DNA of 64,000 nucleotides from Phycisphaerae bacterium (GCA_020056715.1 JAGVHG010000040.1:75920-139919), one strand, 5' to 3'; counted from the first letter of the stretch, positions 24,860 through 34,857 are shown. The notes: generated by a model not told the origin, from the sequence alone. Translations and numbers: made by a program.

Positions 24860-26845
24860 TTATCCGCTGACCGCCGCCGCCTGTGGTTTCCGCACCGGCG
24901 TTGCTTTAGTCATTTCTTTCCAGGTCTTCTCAATAATCTCCGCCCCCTTTAGACCATAAGTCCGCGGTCGCGGCGGAATCAAGCTCGTGTCCACGTCTTC
25001 GTAGGTGATCTCCGGTACGTCGGGTGTATGCTTGGCGATCGTCGTCTTGAGCCAGCGATCGGATTGCTCCTTGAACGCGCGGCACCACTTCTCGGCCTGC
25101 TCACGTAGTTTGACGGGGTCATCGGCGCTGGTCGGCGGAATCTCAAACGCCGGCTTGTAATGCGCCCCACGGCACTCATCACGAAGCAACGCCCCTTTCG
25201 TAATCACCCGAGCGAGCAGGATCATATCCTCCAATGCGCGGGTGAAGCTGAGATTTTGATTGGTCCAATGGGATTTATCCGACAGGGACACATTCTGGTA
25301 TCGGTCCGCGAATTCGTCGATCTTGTCCAGGCAGGCTTGGAGGTCCTTGTTGTTTCGCACGACGGTGACACATCGTGTCATCCAGTCACCCAGTTCTTGA
25401 TGGAGCTTGTAGGGGTTTTCCTCACCCTGGTTGTGAATCAACTGCTCCATCCGCTGCTGATGGAGCATGACGGCGTCGTCGAAGAGCGATGCCGGTTGAT
25501 CGGCGGCGCTGCCTTTGGCCTGCGATTTCAGCCAGTTTTCGATCGAAGGCGCCACGATCAATCCGGCGAAGATGCAGCTTAGTAGCGAATTGGCCCCCAA
25601 GCGGTTGGCCCCGTGGTATTGGTAATCCGCCTCGCCGATCACGAAGATGCCGGGCACGTTGCTTTGCTGATTGCGCGGCGAGCCGAGCACCAGTCCGCCG
25701 GTGTTGTCGTCACGCTCATAGTCCACCCATAACCCGCCCATCGAGTAGTGTACGGCCGGGAAGATTTTCATGGGCACTTCGCGGGGGTTGACGCCCCGGA
25801 ACTTCTCGTAGATTTCGAGGATGCCGTCGAGCTTCTTTTGCACCGTGGGCGGCAACTCGGTAACGTCGAGATAGACGCACATCTGTCCGGCCTCGACGCT
25901 CAACCCTTGCGTAACACAGACGTCGAAAATCTCGCGGGTGGCGATGTCGCGGGGCACGAGGTTGCCGTACTTCGGGTAACGCTCTTCGAGGAAGTAATAA
26001 CGCTCCGCCGCGGGGATGGAGAGCGGGTCGCGCGGGTCTTGCGGCTTTCGCGGGACCCAGACCCGTCCGCCCTCGCCGCGGGCGCTTTCGCTCATCAGGC
26101 GAAGCTTATCGGTGCCGGGGATCGCCGTGGGGTGGACCTGGATGAACTCGCCGTTGGCGTAGTTGACCCCGGCCTTGAAGGCCCGGCCTGCGGCACCGCC
26201 GGTGCAGATCATGGACATGGTGCTGCGGCCATAGATCAGCCCGCAGCCGCCTGTCGCCAGAACGACCGCGTCCGCCGCCAATGAGCGGATGGTCATGGCG
26301 AACATGTCCTGCACCACCGCCCCGCGGCAGTGGCCGTTGCCGTCGAGAATCGGACCGAGGAACTCCCAGTATTCGAACTTCTCGACCAGTCCGTCCGCTT
26401 CCCACCGGCGAACCTGCTCGTCGAGGGCGTAAATCAGTTGTTGACCCGTCGTGGCGCCGGCGAAGGCCGTACGCTTGAACAGTGTTCCGCCGAAGCGCCG
26501 TTGATCGAGCAAGCCCTCCGGAGTGCGATTGAAAGGGACTCCGAGCCGGTCAAGCAGGTTGACGATCCTCGGACCCCAATCGCACATCTCCTTGACCAGC
26601 GGTTGGTGTTGAAGGAAATCGCCGCCGTAGACGGAGTCGTCGAGGTGCAACCATTCGCTATCGCCCTCTTGCCGCGTCAGATCGTTGACGGAGTTGATCC
26701 CGCCTTGGGCGCATACGCTATGCGATCTTTTCACCGGGACCATGCTGATGAGGTAGACGTGGACGCCGGCCTCGGCGAGCTTCATGGTCGCGGAGAGTCC
26801 CGCAAGCCCGCCTCCCACGACGATTACGTGTTGTTTCTTCGCCAT
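24860..26845 (-). CDS. sdhA: succinate dehydrogenase/fumarate reductase flavoprotein subunit
   Basis: FAD-binding VVGGGLAGL, FIQVHPTA and SESARGEGGRV. 661 aa. Confidence 0.95.
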   Translation of the reverse strand: MAKKQHVIVVGGGLAGLSATMKLAEAGVHVYLISMVPVKRSHSVCAQGGINSVNDLTRQEGDSEWLHLDDSVYGGDFLQHQPLVKEMCDWGPRIVNLLDRLGVPFNRTPEGLLDQRRFGGTLFKRTAFAGATTGQQLIYALDEQVRRWEADGLVEKFEYWEFLGPILDGNGHCRGAVVQDMFAMTIRSLAADAVVLATGGCGLIYGRSTMSMICTGGAAGRAFKAGVNYANGEFIQVHPTAIPGTDKLRLMSESARGEGGRVWVPRKPQDPRDPLSIPAAERYYFLEERYPKYGNLVPRDIATREIFDVCVTQGLSVEAGQMCVYLDVTELPPTVQKKLDGILEIYEKFRGVNPREVPMKIFPAVHYSMGGLWVDYERDDNTGGLVLGSPRNQQSNVPGIFVIGEADYQYHGANRLGANSLLSCIFAGLIVAPSIENWLKSQAKGSAADQPASLFDDAVMLHQQRMEQLIHNQGEENPYKLHQELGDWMTRCVTVVRNNKDLQACLDKIDEFADRYQNVSLSDKSHWTNQNLSFTRALEDMILLARVITKGALLRDECRGAHYKPAFEIPPTSADDPVKLREQAEKWCRAFKEQSDRWLKTTIAKHTPDVPEITYEDVDTSLIPPRPRTYGLKGAEIIEKTWKEMTKATPVRKPQAAAVSG

Positions 26846-26882
26846 GATTCTGTGGGACCGACTTTTCAGCCGGTCAACAATC

Positions 26883-27644
26883 TCACCGATCGCGCGTCGC
26901 CGCGGTCACCGAGTGCCCCGTTTTCTGCGCCGTACCTTCCGTCACGTTCAAGGCTCGAAACCCGTTCAACGCTCCCAAGCCCGCCAACGATAGCACTATA
27001 CCGAGGGCAGCGCAAACGTACCCGGCAGCTTGTTGCGATCGCGGGCGGATGGTGATGCCCCAGGTAATCAACGAGGTCCAAATTCCGTTGGCCAGGTGAT
27101 AGACGGCGGAGAGAACGCCGATGGCGTAAATCGGAGCGATCCACCAGGCGGCCTGGATCGTCGCCGCCGTGGTCGTTGCAGCCAAAGCTCCGCCCGATTC
27201 GTCGTACAGGCGGAAACGGCCCCCCCCCGCCCATTCGCCGAACCAGTGCATCTGCCATACATGGTAGAAGATAAACACGAATGCGATGATGCCGGTCGCA
27301 CGTTGGAGCATGTAGCGGATGTTGCTCCCGTAACGGTATTGTTGGGCGTTGGATTGACACGTGAAGATGATCACAAAGCCGAGCAAGGCATGAAACAGAA
27401 GGGGAAGGAAGATCCCCACGATCTCGACCGGCGCCAGCAGCGGGCCGAGGGAGTGGATACGCTCGACCGACCGTTGAAACTCCGACCCCACGGGTCCGGG
27501 GGCGAGCACCATCGCGTTGATCGACAGGTGGACGACGAGGAAGACGCCGACCGGCACCAGCCCGGTGAGCGAGTGCAGGCGTCGAATCAGAAAGTAGTAC
27601 TTATCGGCAGGCGATTCCGCCGCTTGGTGCTCGTGCTCAGCCAC
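26883..27644 (-). CDS. sdhC: succinate dehydrogenase cytochrome b subunit (single large anchor, B. subtilis type)
   Basis: Multi-pass membrane protein with conserved His residues, immediately upstream of sdhA. No separate sdhD is present. Confidence 0.75.
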   Translation of the reverse strand: MAEHEHQAAESPADKYYFLIRRLHSLTGLVPVGVFLVVHLSINAMVLAPGPVGSEFQRSVERIHSLGPLLAPVEIVGIFLPLLFHALLGFVIIFTCQSNAQQYRYGSNIRYMLQRATGIIAFVFIFYHVWQMHWFGEWAGGGRFRLYDESGGALAATTTAATIQAAWWIAPIYAIGVLSAVYHLANGIWTSLITWGITIRPRSQQAAGYVCAALGIVLSLAGLGALNGFRALNVTEGTAQKTGHSVTAATRDR

Positions 27645-27777
27645 GAACGCCTCCCATTTCCCGACCTGCTCACCGACACGGTCATGTCGGTCGAACGGGC
27701 CTCAATCATCAAGGGCGCGGATTATAGTAACCAAGAATGTCAACGCAAGCCCAGGTTGAGCGGGGTGCGGTGGTGGG

Positions 27778-28290
27778 TTACCCGACCGCAATCTGCACCA
27801 CGAGTAGGACCATTGCTGCGGCGGCGCTGCCCAGCGCGCATCCAAATAAGAATCCACCGGGTGTGAACGGCGATTGCTTTTGTTTTCGCTGCCGCATCGG
27901 CTGGAACGACGCCCGCAGCGGACGAATGACGGAATCCCGCCGCGGCTCATCGGCGACTTCGACGGCGGTGGATCGTTCATCGGTCTGGTCCGGCGGTGCA
28001 TTCTCGCGGGCCGTACCGGCTGCGATCAACGGTAGTTCAAGTTGTCGCTGGGTCGGCGCGTCCTGATCTTCGCTGATGAACGCGGCCGAGGGGAGGAACT
28101 CGCTGCGGCCGCGAATCGGAATATACCGCTCGGGCCGACCGGAGTCGGGATCGGGATAGAGATACTCGTCAATCATTTGCTGGGCGTACATTCGCGTGAC
28201 CCGATTCAGGTCGCGTGTCCGTCGCGCTTTGCCCGCAAGTCCGTTGTATCGCGTGTCTTCCATGGATCGACCTCCGTGCCGATTCGGCAT
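27778..28290 (-). CDS. hypothetical C-terminally anchored protein
   Basis: C-terminal TM helix (GGFLFGCALGSAAAAMVLLVVQIAV). The start is uncertain (28290, 28263 or 28425). The longer ORF-track version overlaps folE. Confidence 0.3.
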   Translation of the reverse strand: MPNRHGGRSMEDTRYNGLAGKARRTRDLNRVTRMYAQQMIDEYLYPDPDSGRPERYIPIRGRSEFLPSAAFISEDQDAPTQRQLELPLIAAGTARENAPPDQTDERSTAVEVADEPRRDSVIRPLRASFQPMRQRKQKQSPFTPGGFLFGCALGSAAAAMVLLVVQIAVG

Positions 28291-28465
28291 GTTGAACTTC
28301 CCCGACAACACCTGGATTATATCGTCCCGGCGGATGAAAAACGACAAGGGAAACCGGTACCACGAATCGCAAAAGTGAAACTGGGCTATCTGGGCCACTC
28401 GTGTCTGGCTGTAGACTTTGACCATGCCGTTCCCGGATCGTACGATCGTCGGTACGGGGAGATGT

Positions 28466-29020
28466 ATGGATTTAGAACGGATCGAGCGGGCGGTGAGGGA
28501 AATCCTCCTCGCGATCGGCGAGAACGTCGATCGCGAGGGGCTGCGAGGTACGCCGAACCGGGTCGCGCGGATGTACCAAGAGCTTTTCAACGGCCTCTGT
28601 AAGGAGCCGGCGGAGAACCTCACCACGGCCTTCACCGAGGTCTACGACGAGCTTGTGGTACTGCGTGACATTTCGTTCAACTCCATGTGCGAGCATCATC
28701 TGATGCCCTTCGAGGGCAAGGCTCATGTTGCCTACCTACCGGATGGCCAAGTGATCGGAATCTCCAAGCTCGCCCGCGTGGTGGACGATTTCGCCCATCG
28801 GCCTCAGGTGCAGGAGCGACTCACTTCACAGATCGCCGATCTGCTAATGGAGAAGCTCCTGGCCAAAGGCGTCGCGGTGGTGATCCACGCAACGCACACC
28901 TGCATGACCTGCCGCGGGATCAAGAAGTCCGGCAGCATCATGGTTACTTCCGCGGTGCGCGGACTCTGCAAGAGCGACGCCCGCACCCGCAGCGAAGTGA
29001 TGTCGTTGTTGCACAGCTAG
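28466..29020 (+). CDS. folE: GTP cyclohydrolase I
   Basis: [21 protein letters not shown] and [21 protein letters not shown] 28466 (MDLERIE) is preferred. Confidence 0.9.
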   Translation: MDLERIERAVREILLAIGENVDREGLRGTPNRVARMYQELFNGLCKEPAENLTTAFTEVYDELVVLRDISFNSMCEHHLMPFEGKAHVAYLPDGQVIGISKLARVVDDFAHRPQVQERLTSQIADLLMEKLLAKGVAVVIHATHTCMTCRGIKKSGSIMVTSAVRGLCKSDARTRSEVMSLLHS

Positions 29021-29029
29021 AATCGAAGT

Positions 29030-30016
29030 CTACTGACGCTCGTTCAGTCCCGCCTCGCGGAGGATTCCGCTCGCCGTGGCCCAGGTGAGCCAGTTCTCGC
29101 ACCAATAAACCAAATTCTTCCATCGTCCATAAGGGGCGTAAACCCGTTCGATTTGCTTGTTCGTCGGTCTGCGGCCGTTGGTGTGCAATTGGGACACGTG
29201 GGCGACCGTGGCGCTGTCGATGGAGAGCCGGTCATGGCGCCCGAGGAATCCCAGCAGATAATGCGCGCTCGACGGGCCGATGCCATGAATGGAGCGTAAC
29301 AGTGCCAAGAGATCGTCACTGCTAACGGCGGGGTCTGCTGCCATCGTGTCGAGTGATTCCGGGGCGAATCGGCCATCACATACCGCGTGACAGAAGGCGA
29401 GGATCGATTCCGTACGATAGCCGAGACGACAGACCTCGTTGAGATACCGTTCGCCGGCGCGGAGGATTTCGCGCGGGCTAGGCCAGGCGGTCAGGTTGCG
29501 GAAGTGCGGCATGTACGGGCCGAGCTGCGCGATACGATTGATCATTTTCACCGCTTGCGTCCAATTCACGTTCGTCGCGCAGAGCGCCTTGATGATGTTC
29601 TCCGTCATCGAGGCCGAGCGAATCAGGCGACCTCCGCCGATCCGCGGGATCGCGCTGAGTCGTGGATGCTGGGCGCATAACTCGTAGAACTCGGACAGGT
29701 CGCGATCCAACCCCAGGGTCACCCGGAGACGATCGCCAGTCCGCTGAAGTACGCCGTCGTCGAGGTCACCGCCATCCACCGTTACCGCGAGCTTGGGTGC
29801 TCGGCGACCGTGGTCATTCTCGACGACCGAGACGCGATAGGGACGATCTCCGTTATATTCAATGGTCTGGAAGCATCGTCCCCCTTCGGACCAGTTCATC
29901 GGAGCGCATTCATGCCAGCCGTGGCTAAGCACCGTCGCCTTCAGCGAAAACCCTGGAGGCACTTTCAATTTTAACGATCCTGCATTCATCACGGCGCACT
30001 CCTGTATCGTTTGCAC
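29030..30016 (-). CDS. HhH-GPD superfamily DNA glycosylase (AlkA/Ogg-like)
   Basis: Helix-hairpin-helix LLRSIHGIGPSSAHYLLGFLG followed by a conserved Asp (LSIDSAT). Confidence 0.6.
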   Translation of the reverse strand: MQTIQECAVMNAGSLKLKVPPGFSLKATVLSHGWHECAPMNWSEGGRCFQTIEYNGDRPYRVSVVENDHGRRAPKLAVTVDGGDLDDGVLQRTGDRLRVTLGLDRDLSEFYELCAQHPRLSAIPRIGGGRLIRSASMTENIIKALCATNVNWTQAVKMINRIAQLGPYMPHFRNLTAWPSPREILRAGERYLNEVCRLGYRTESILAFCHAVCDGRFAPESLDTMAADPAVSSDDLLALLRSIHGIGPSSAHYLLGFLGRHDRLSIDSATVAHVSQLHTNGRRPTNKQIERVYAPYGRWKNLVYWCENWLTWATASGILREAGLNERQ

Positions 30017-30143
30017 ATCTCGTAGGTTCGGCGAGAGTTAGGGTAGTTGCAACTGCCCTATCACCCGCCGACCGCAAAGGCGGCCCCTCAAGAAGGACAC
30101 GCAACATGTCAGTAATTCTGTCAAATGTACATAAGCTCACGCG

Positions 30144-30190
30144 CCACATAGACTTGTGTTATGTTTCTCGAATCATACAAGATATAGTGT
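30144..30190. promoter_or_regulatory. candidate tandem NrdR boxes
   Basis: CCACATAGACTTGTGT (30144-30159) and ATACAAGATATAGTGT (30175-30190) have centres 31 bp apart. The second matches about 13/16 of the ACACAATATATTGTGT-type consensus as I remember it. It lies just upstream of the nrdJ promoter. Confidence 0.45.
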
Positions 30191-30196
30191 TTTTGT

Positions 30197-30225
30197 TTGA
30201 CAACCGCCGATAAGTAGTGTACAAT
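30197..30225 (+). promoter_or_regulatory. near-consensus sigma70-type promoter of nrdJ
   Basis: TTGACA, 17 nt, TACAAT. A palindromic ACAATTGT overlaps the -10 element. Confidence 0.55.
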
Positions 30226-30408
30226 TGTGTTTGCCCTTAAAGATGCTGCTCAGTAGCCAAGGGCCGCAGAGTCTGGCCTATGCGGCGATTTTCCTGCAAG
30301 TGGTTCGAGGTGGGTTGAGCAGGTGGCGTTAGGGCTGTTTGTCAGACGGGTGTGAACGAAACACAATCATTTGCCCGGCGAAAACGCCGGTGGAGGCGTG
30401 GCGGCTTT

Positions 30409-33006
30409 ATGGCGGAAGCGGTGATATCGGGATGCGGTTTGTGTGTTACGGATGACACGCGGAAGTCGAATCTTGGGTTCTCTGAAAACGCGCAGCGAGT
30501 CCTTCGGGCGCGGTATCTAAAGAAGGACGAGCAGGGTCGTCATACGGAAACGGCCACGGAATTGTTTCGGCGGGTTGCTAGGGCGGTTGCCGAAGCCGAA
30601 ACGTCGTATAGCGCCGATCCGGCGATTCGCAGCGAGTGGGAGGCCCGCTTTTATGAGCTGATGGTGAGCCGACGGTTCATGCCCAACAGCCCGACGTTGA
30701 TGAACGCCGGGCGGGAGATGGGCATGTTGAGCGCTTGTTTTGTGCTCCCGGTCCGCGACAGCATCGGCGAGATTTTCGACTCCATCAAGCACACCGCCCT
30801 TATCCAGAAAGCCGGTGGCGGAACCGGCTTCGCTTTCGACGAGCTACGCCCCACCGGCGATTATATTAGTAGTTCCGGCGGGACCACCAGCGGTCCGATC
30901 TCCTTCTGGCGGGCCTTCAGCGAGGCGACCAACGCCATCCAACAAGGCGCGTTCCGCCGTGGGGCCAACATGGGGATGATGAACATTCATCACCCCGATA
31001 TCTTAAAGTTCCTCCACGCCAAGGAGGATCTCACTCAATTCACGAATTACAACATCTCCGTGAAGGTGAACGACGAGTGGATGGAGGCGTTTCTCAAGGA
31101 GCCGAATGGTCCGCACGTGGTGAAGAACCCGCGAACAGGTCGGACGTATTTGCTGCCCAAGGCCCTGAACATCTGGAAAGACGACCTTCGGTCGCTCACC
31201 GAGATCAAAGCCGGCGAGTTGATTCCGGCCGGCGAGTTCTACTCGCGTCAAGACATCTGGGACATCATCCTGAAGAACGCCCACCGTACCGGCGAACCCG
31301 GCGTGGTCTATATCGACCGGATCAACGAGTTCAACCCCACCCCGCACATCGGTCGGATCGAGGCGACGAACCCCTGCGGCGAGCAGCCGCTCTTGCCGTA
31401 TGAAGCGTGTAACCTCGGCAGCATCAACCTGGCCGAGTTTGTTCACGAGGATCCAAGGAGCGCGGCAACCGTCGACTGGGACGCCCTGCGGGAAACCATT
31501 CACGAAAGCACGCGGTACCTCGACGACATCATTGACGTCAACAAATATCCCCTTGCGGAGATCGACGCGATTTGCAAGGCCAATCGCAAGATCGGCCTGG
31601 GAGTCATGGGCTTCGCCGACGCCCTTTACAAACTGGGCGTGGCCTATGACAGCGCCGAGGGCGTGGAATGGGGCGAACGTTTCATGAAGTTCGTGGACGA
31701 CGAGTCGCACCATTACAGCGAAAAACTAGCCAAAGAGCGGGGTGCGTTTCCGAACTGGAAGGGGAGCATTTACGACACGAAATATCACCGTCCGATGCGC
31801 AATGCGACGTGTACCACGGTGGCGCCGACCGGGACGATCAGCATCATTGCCGGTTGCACCGGCGGCATTGAGCCGCTCTACAGTCTGGCCTTTTTCCGCA
31901 ACGTGCTGAAGGGCCAGAACGAGGGGCAAGCCCCCATGGTCGAAATAAATCCGATCTTTGAGGCCGTTGCGCGGCGGGAAGGTTTCCTTAGCGAGGGTTT
32001 GATGGAGCGGGTTGCCACGGAGGGCACCCTCGCTAATGCTGCGGACGTATCGGATGAGGTCAAGCGTGTGTTTGTGTGCGCGCATGACGTGGCCCCGGCG
32101 TGGCACATGCGGATGCAAGCCGCTTTCCAAAAACATTGCGATGCGTCGATTTCCAAGACCATCAACTTCCCCGAGACGGCGACGGTTGAGGACGTGTCGG
32201 TTATCTATCGCCTGGCATACGACATGCGCTGCAAGGGTGTGACCGTCTATCGCAACGGGTGCCGCCAGCATCAGCCGATGGCGCTCAAGAGTAGCGATAA
32301 AGTGCATGCGGCCGCGACCGCCGTGGTCGAAGAGATCGAAGCGGCGGAGCACAAGCCGCTCGAGCCGGCAACCTTGCCGGAAATCAGCAGCGGTATTCGC
32401 GTCCGGCAGCTTACTCCCTTCGGCAACATGCACATCAACATCACCGTGGATGCGCGGACGGATCGGGAGATGGAAGTGTTCGCCCAGCTTGGAAAAGGCG
32501 GCGACCTGGCCAATAGCGATCTGGAGGCGATCTGCCGCATGATCAGCTTGTGGTTACGTTCCGGCGGCACGCTGAAACATGTCGTCGATCAACTTCACTC
32601 GATTGGATCCTGCCTGCAAGTTTCAACCAAAGAAGGCAAGATCATGAGCCTTGGCGACGGGTTGGCCCGTGGTCTGAAACGCTATTTGGAGGCCAAGCGA
32701 GAGTGTGGTCTCAAGCCTTTGCTCTTGGGCGAAGCGACTATCGACGCTTCGGGTCGACCGCACCGGATCAAGGGAAAGGGGTCAAATGGGAACGGAAACG
32801 GCCACGGTAATGGTCACCGGGTAGGCGATACCGCGGTTGAGGTTGTGGTGGAACGGCTCGGCAACCCAGCGCCGTCACGATTCGAGGCTCACGGAATACA
32901 GTGGCAGCAAACGCAATATAAGGTACGCTGCCCAGATTGCCAGGGTGAGCTTAGGTTTAGCGAAGGATGCATGACATGCGATGGGTGTGGGTTCTCTAAA
33001 TGTTAA
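30409..33006 (+). CDS. nrdJ: class II (adenosylcobalamin-dependent) ribonucleotide reductase
   Basis: Family-wide similarity including TNPCGEQPL and the C-terminal CPDC..CMTCDGCG cysteine tail. ATG 30409 is preferred over GTG 30352. Confidence 0.9.
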   Translation: MAEAVISGCGLCVTDDTRKSNLGFSENAQRVLRARYLKKDEQGRHTETATELFRRVARAVAEAETSYSADPAIRSEWEARFYELMVSRRFMPNSPTLMNAGREMGMLSACFVLPVRDSIGEIFDSIKHTALIQKAGGGTGFAFDELRPTGDYISSSGGTTSGPISFWRAFSEATNAIQQGAFRRGANMGMMNIHHPDILKFLHAKEDLTQFTNYNISVKVNDEWMEAFLKEPNGPHVVKNPRTGRTYLLPKALNIWKDDLRSLTEIKAGELIPAGEFYSRQDIWDIILKNAHRTGEPGVVYIDRINEFNPTPHIGRIEATNPCGEQPLLPYEACNLGSINLAEFVHEDPRSAATVDWDALRETIHESTRYLDDIIDVNKYPLAEIDAICKANRKIGLGVMGFADALYKLGVAYDSAEGVEWGERFMKFVDDESHHYSEKLAKERGAFPNWKGSIYDTKYHRPMRNATCTTVAPTGTISIIAGCTGGIEPLYSLAFFRNVLKGQNEGQAPMVEINPIFEAVARREGFLSEGLMERVATEGTLANAADVSDEVKRVFVCAHDVAPAWHMRMQAAFQKHCDASISKTINFPETATVEDVSVIYRLAYDMRCKGVTVYRNGCRQHQPMALKSSDKVHAAATAVVEEIEAAEHKPLEPATLPEISSGIRVRQLTPFGNMHINITVDARTDREMEVFAQLGKGGDLANSDLEAICRMISLWLRSGGTLKHVVDQLHSIGSCLQVSTKEGKIMSLGDGLARGLKRYLEAKRECGLKPLLLGEATIDASGRPHRIKGKGSNGNGNGHGNGHRVGDTAVEVVVERLGNPAPSRFEAHGIQWQQTQYKVRCPDCQGELRFSEGCMTCDGCGFSKC

Positions 33007-33115
33007 CAACAATGTAATGTCCGGTAAGATTGTTATTTTTATGCAGATTTTCTTGTTGGAACGGGTATAATTGTGTTGACAAACGAAAGCTCGCACGTAC
33101 ATTCTGCCGATAGAA

Positions 33116-33217
33116 ATGGCGCGTGGGTACGAAGCACCACCCATTGAACAAAGCGCGAATTCGGACGTAGAGAAGATTATCTGGGAGGTCGACGCAACGG
33201 TCGAGAATAACGAGTAG
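33116..33217 (+). CDS. candidate 33-aa small ORF or sRNA body (MARGYEAPPIEQSANSDVEKIIWEVDATVENNE)
   Basis: ATG-to-TAG ORF below the ORF-track cutoff. It lies between a TTGACA-16-TACATT promoter-like site (33076-33103) and a strong intrinsic terminator (33240-33283). No convincing SD. Confidence 0.2.
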   Translation: MARGYEAPPIEQSANSDVEKIIWEVDATVENNE

Positions 33218-33239
33218 TATCAGGCTTCTTTCCCCTCCG

Positions 33240-33283
33240 GAAAGCACCGTTTCGCCTTCGGGTGAGCGGTGCTTTCTTTTTTA
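33240..33283 (+). terminator. rho-independent terminator
   Basis: GAAAGCACCG..(inner CGCC-TTCG-GGTG)..CGGTGCTTTC followed by TTTTTT. The outer stem is 10 bp. Confidence 0.8.
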
Positions 33284-33329
33284 CGACCATTTTCGCGGAA
33301 TCTCCGCTTTTTGGCCGTATCACCCCCTG

Positions 33330-33357
33330 TTGCATGCTGGCGGTTCGCCGTTATACT
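33330..33357 (+). promoter_or_regulatory. candidate promoter of the rpsP-trmD-rplS operon
   Basis: TTGCAT, 16 nt, TATACT. GGGAGG SD lies about 7 nt before the rpsP ATG. Confidence 0.45.
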
Positions 33358-33440
33358 GGCTTGGCTCAGGCTTGGTTACGTTCGCGTAAGCAGGTAGGAT
33401 GTAAGGCAAGAAATGTTGGTCTCGACAGTGGGAGGACGCG

Positions 33441-33701
33441 ATGTCCGTCCGGATTAAACTCAAAAAAGTGGGTCGCCGACACCGTCCGTCGTATCGGTTG
33501 ACGGCCGTCGATCGTCGACGCTCGCGCGACAGTAAAGTCATCGAGGAACTCGGGAGCTATAATCCCGTGCATCCTCGTGAAGACCAGCAAGTCGCTCTCA
33601 ATCGCGAGCGGATCGAGTACTGGCTCGGCGTCGGGGCGCTGCCCACCGACACGGTGCGGCGGCTGTTGCAGAAGGCTGGAATCATTGGGGAGTCAGCGTA
33701 G
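33441..33701 (+). CDS. rpsP: 30S ribosomal protein S16
   Basis: MSVRIKLKKVGRRHRPSYRLTAVD..GSYNP. Confidence 0.95.
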   Translation: MSVRIKLKKVGRRHRPSYRLTAVDRRRSRDSKVIEELGSYNPVHPREDQQVALNRERIEYWLGVGALPTDTVRRLLQKAGIIGESA

Positions 33702-33719
33702 AGTTGGGTAGCAACCGTC

Positions 33720-34421
33720 ATGCGGATCGATGTATTGACACTCTTCCCGGAGGTGTTCGAGCCGTACGTTGCGTCCAGCATCGTCGGCCGGGCCGTTGCG
33801 CAGGGGATTGTCTCGATCCGGTGTACGAGCTTCCGCGACTTCGCCAGTGACCGACATCGCAGCGTAGACGACCGCCCGTTCGGCGGCGGGCCGGGCATGG
33901 TGCTCATGTGCGGCCCGGTGTTTGACGCACTGGAGCACGTCGAGGCGCAAAGCGAAACGAAACCCCTTCGGATTCTCCTGACCCCCCAAGGCGAGAAGCT
34001 AACACAAAGCGTGGTCGCGGAGCTTGCCAAAGCGCCGCGGTTGGTGCTATTGTGCGGGCATTACGAGGGGTTTGACGAGCGGATCCGCACCGGGATCGCG
34101 GCGCGAGAGATTTCGATCGGGGATTATGTCCTGTCCGGCGGCGAGCCGGCGGCGATGGTTTTGATCGACGCGGTGGTGCGTCTGCTGCCTGGGGCGTTGG
34201 GCGACGAAGCTTCGGCGGCGGATGAATCGTTTACTGCCGGGACGCTGGAGTATCCGCAGTTCACTCGGCCTCGCGAGTTTCGCGGCATGGAAGTCCCGGA
34301 GGTGTTGTTGTCCGGCGATCACGGCAAGATCGCCGCGTGGCGGCGAGAGCAATCGCTGGAACGTACGTTGGAGCGCCGGCCTGATTTGCTCGAGGCGCGG
34401 CAGTACATGGCCTTAGATTAA
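33720..34421 (+). CDS. trmD: tRNA (guanine37-N1)-methyltransferase
   Basis: [13 protein letters not shown].., [12 protein letters not shown] and [10 protein letters not shown]. Confidence 0.95.
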   Translation: MRIDVLTLFPEVFEPYVASSIVGRAVAQGIVSIRCTSFRDFASDRHRSVDDRPFGGGPGMVLMCGPVFDALEHVEAQSETKPLRILLTPQGEKLTQSVVAELAKAPRLVLLCGHYEGFDERIRTGIAAREISIGDYVLSGGEPAAMVLIDAVVRLLPGALGDEASAADESFTAGTLEYPQFTRPREFRGMEVPEVLLSGDHGKIAAWRREQSLERTLERRPDLLEARQYMALD

Positions 34422-34445
34422 TTTCGTAGAACGTGGAGTGGTGCG

Positions 34446-34844
34446 ATGAGTCAGCAATTGATGAACCTAGTGGAGAAGCCGTATTTGAAGGCCTCACCGC
34501 CCGAGTTCCACGTCGGCGACACGGTGGATGTGCAGTGTCGGATCGTGGAGGGCGAGAAGGAGCGTATTCAGATATTCAACGGAATTGTCATCGCCCATCA
34601 GGGGCGGGGGATCAACGAAACCTTCACCGTCCGGCGGATCGTGGGCAACGAAGGCGTGGAGCGAAAGTATTTGGTCCATTCGCCGGGCGTGGTGGATATA
34701 AAAGTACGGCGCCGCGGACGGGTGCGTCGTGCGAAGCTGTACTACCTCCGCCAAAGGATCGGAAAGGCCCGCAAGCTGCGTGAACTTCGCATCCATCACA
34801 AGAAGGCTGCGGAACCTGCTGTCTTGGCGACGTCGGCCGTCTAG
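34446..34844 (+). CDS. rplS: 50S ribosomal protein L19
   Basis: GDTVDVQCRIVEGEKERIQIFNG..TFTVRR..GVERKY..HSP. Confidence 0.95.
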   Translation: MSQQLMNLVEKPYLKASPPEFHVGDTVDVQCRIVEGEKERIQIFNGIVIAHQGRGINETFTVRRIVGNEGVERKYLVHSPGVVDIKVRRRGRVRRAKLYYLRQRIGKARKLRELRIHHKKAAEPAVLATSAV

Positions 34845-34857
34845 CGGGCACCTCGCG

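Noticed and set aside
27778-28635. Full 285-aa minus-strand ORF
   Set aside because: Its 5' third overlaps the folE start region on the opposite strand and has no features. Only the distal part (to about 28290) is kept, at low confidence.
30226-30408. Possible cobalamin riboswitch in the nrdJ leader
   Set aside because: I could not find a convincing B12-box or the conserved helices by eye. Repression of a B12-dependent enzyme by B12 is also not the expected logic. A covariance-model scan would be needed to be sure.
32740-33006. GNGNGHGNGH linker and CxxC..CxxC tail of NrdJ as a novel fusion
   Set aside because: Cysteine-rich zinc-finger-like C-terminal tails are a known feature of many class II ribonucleotide reductases. 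The Gly/Asn/His tract is just a linker.
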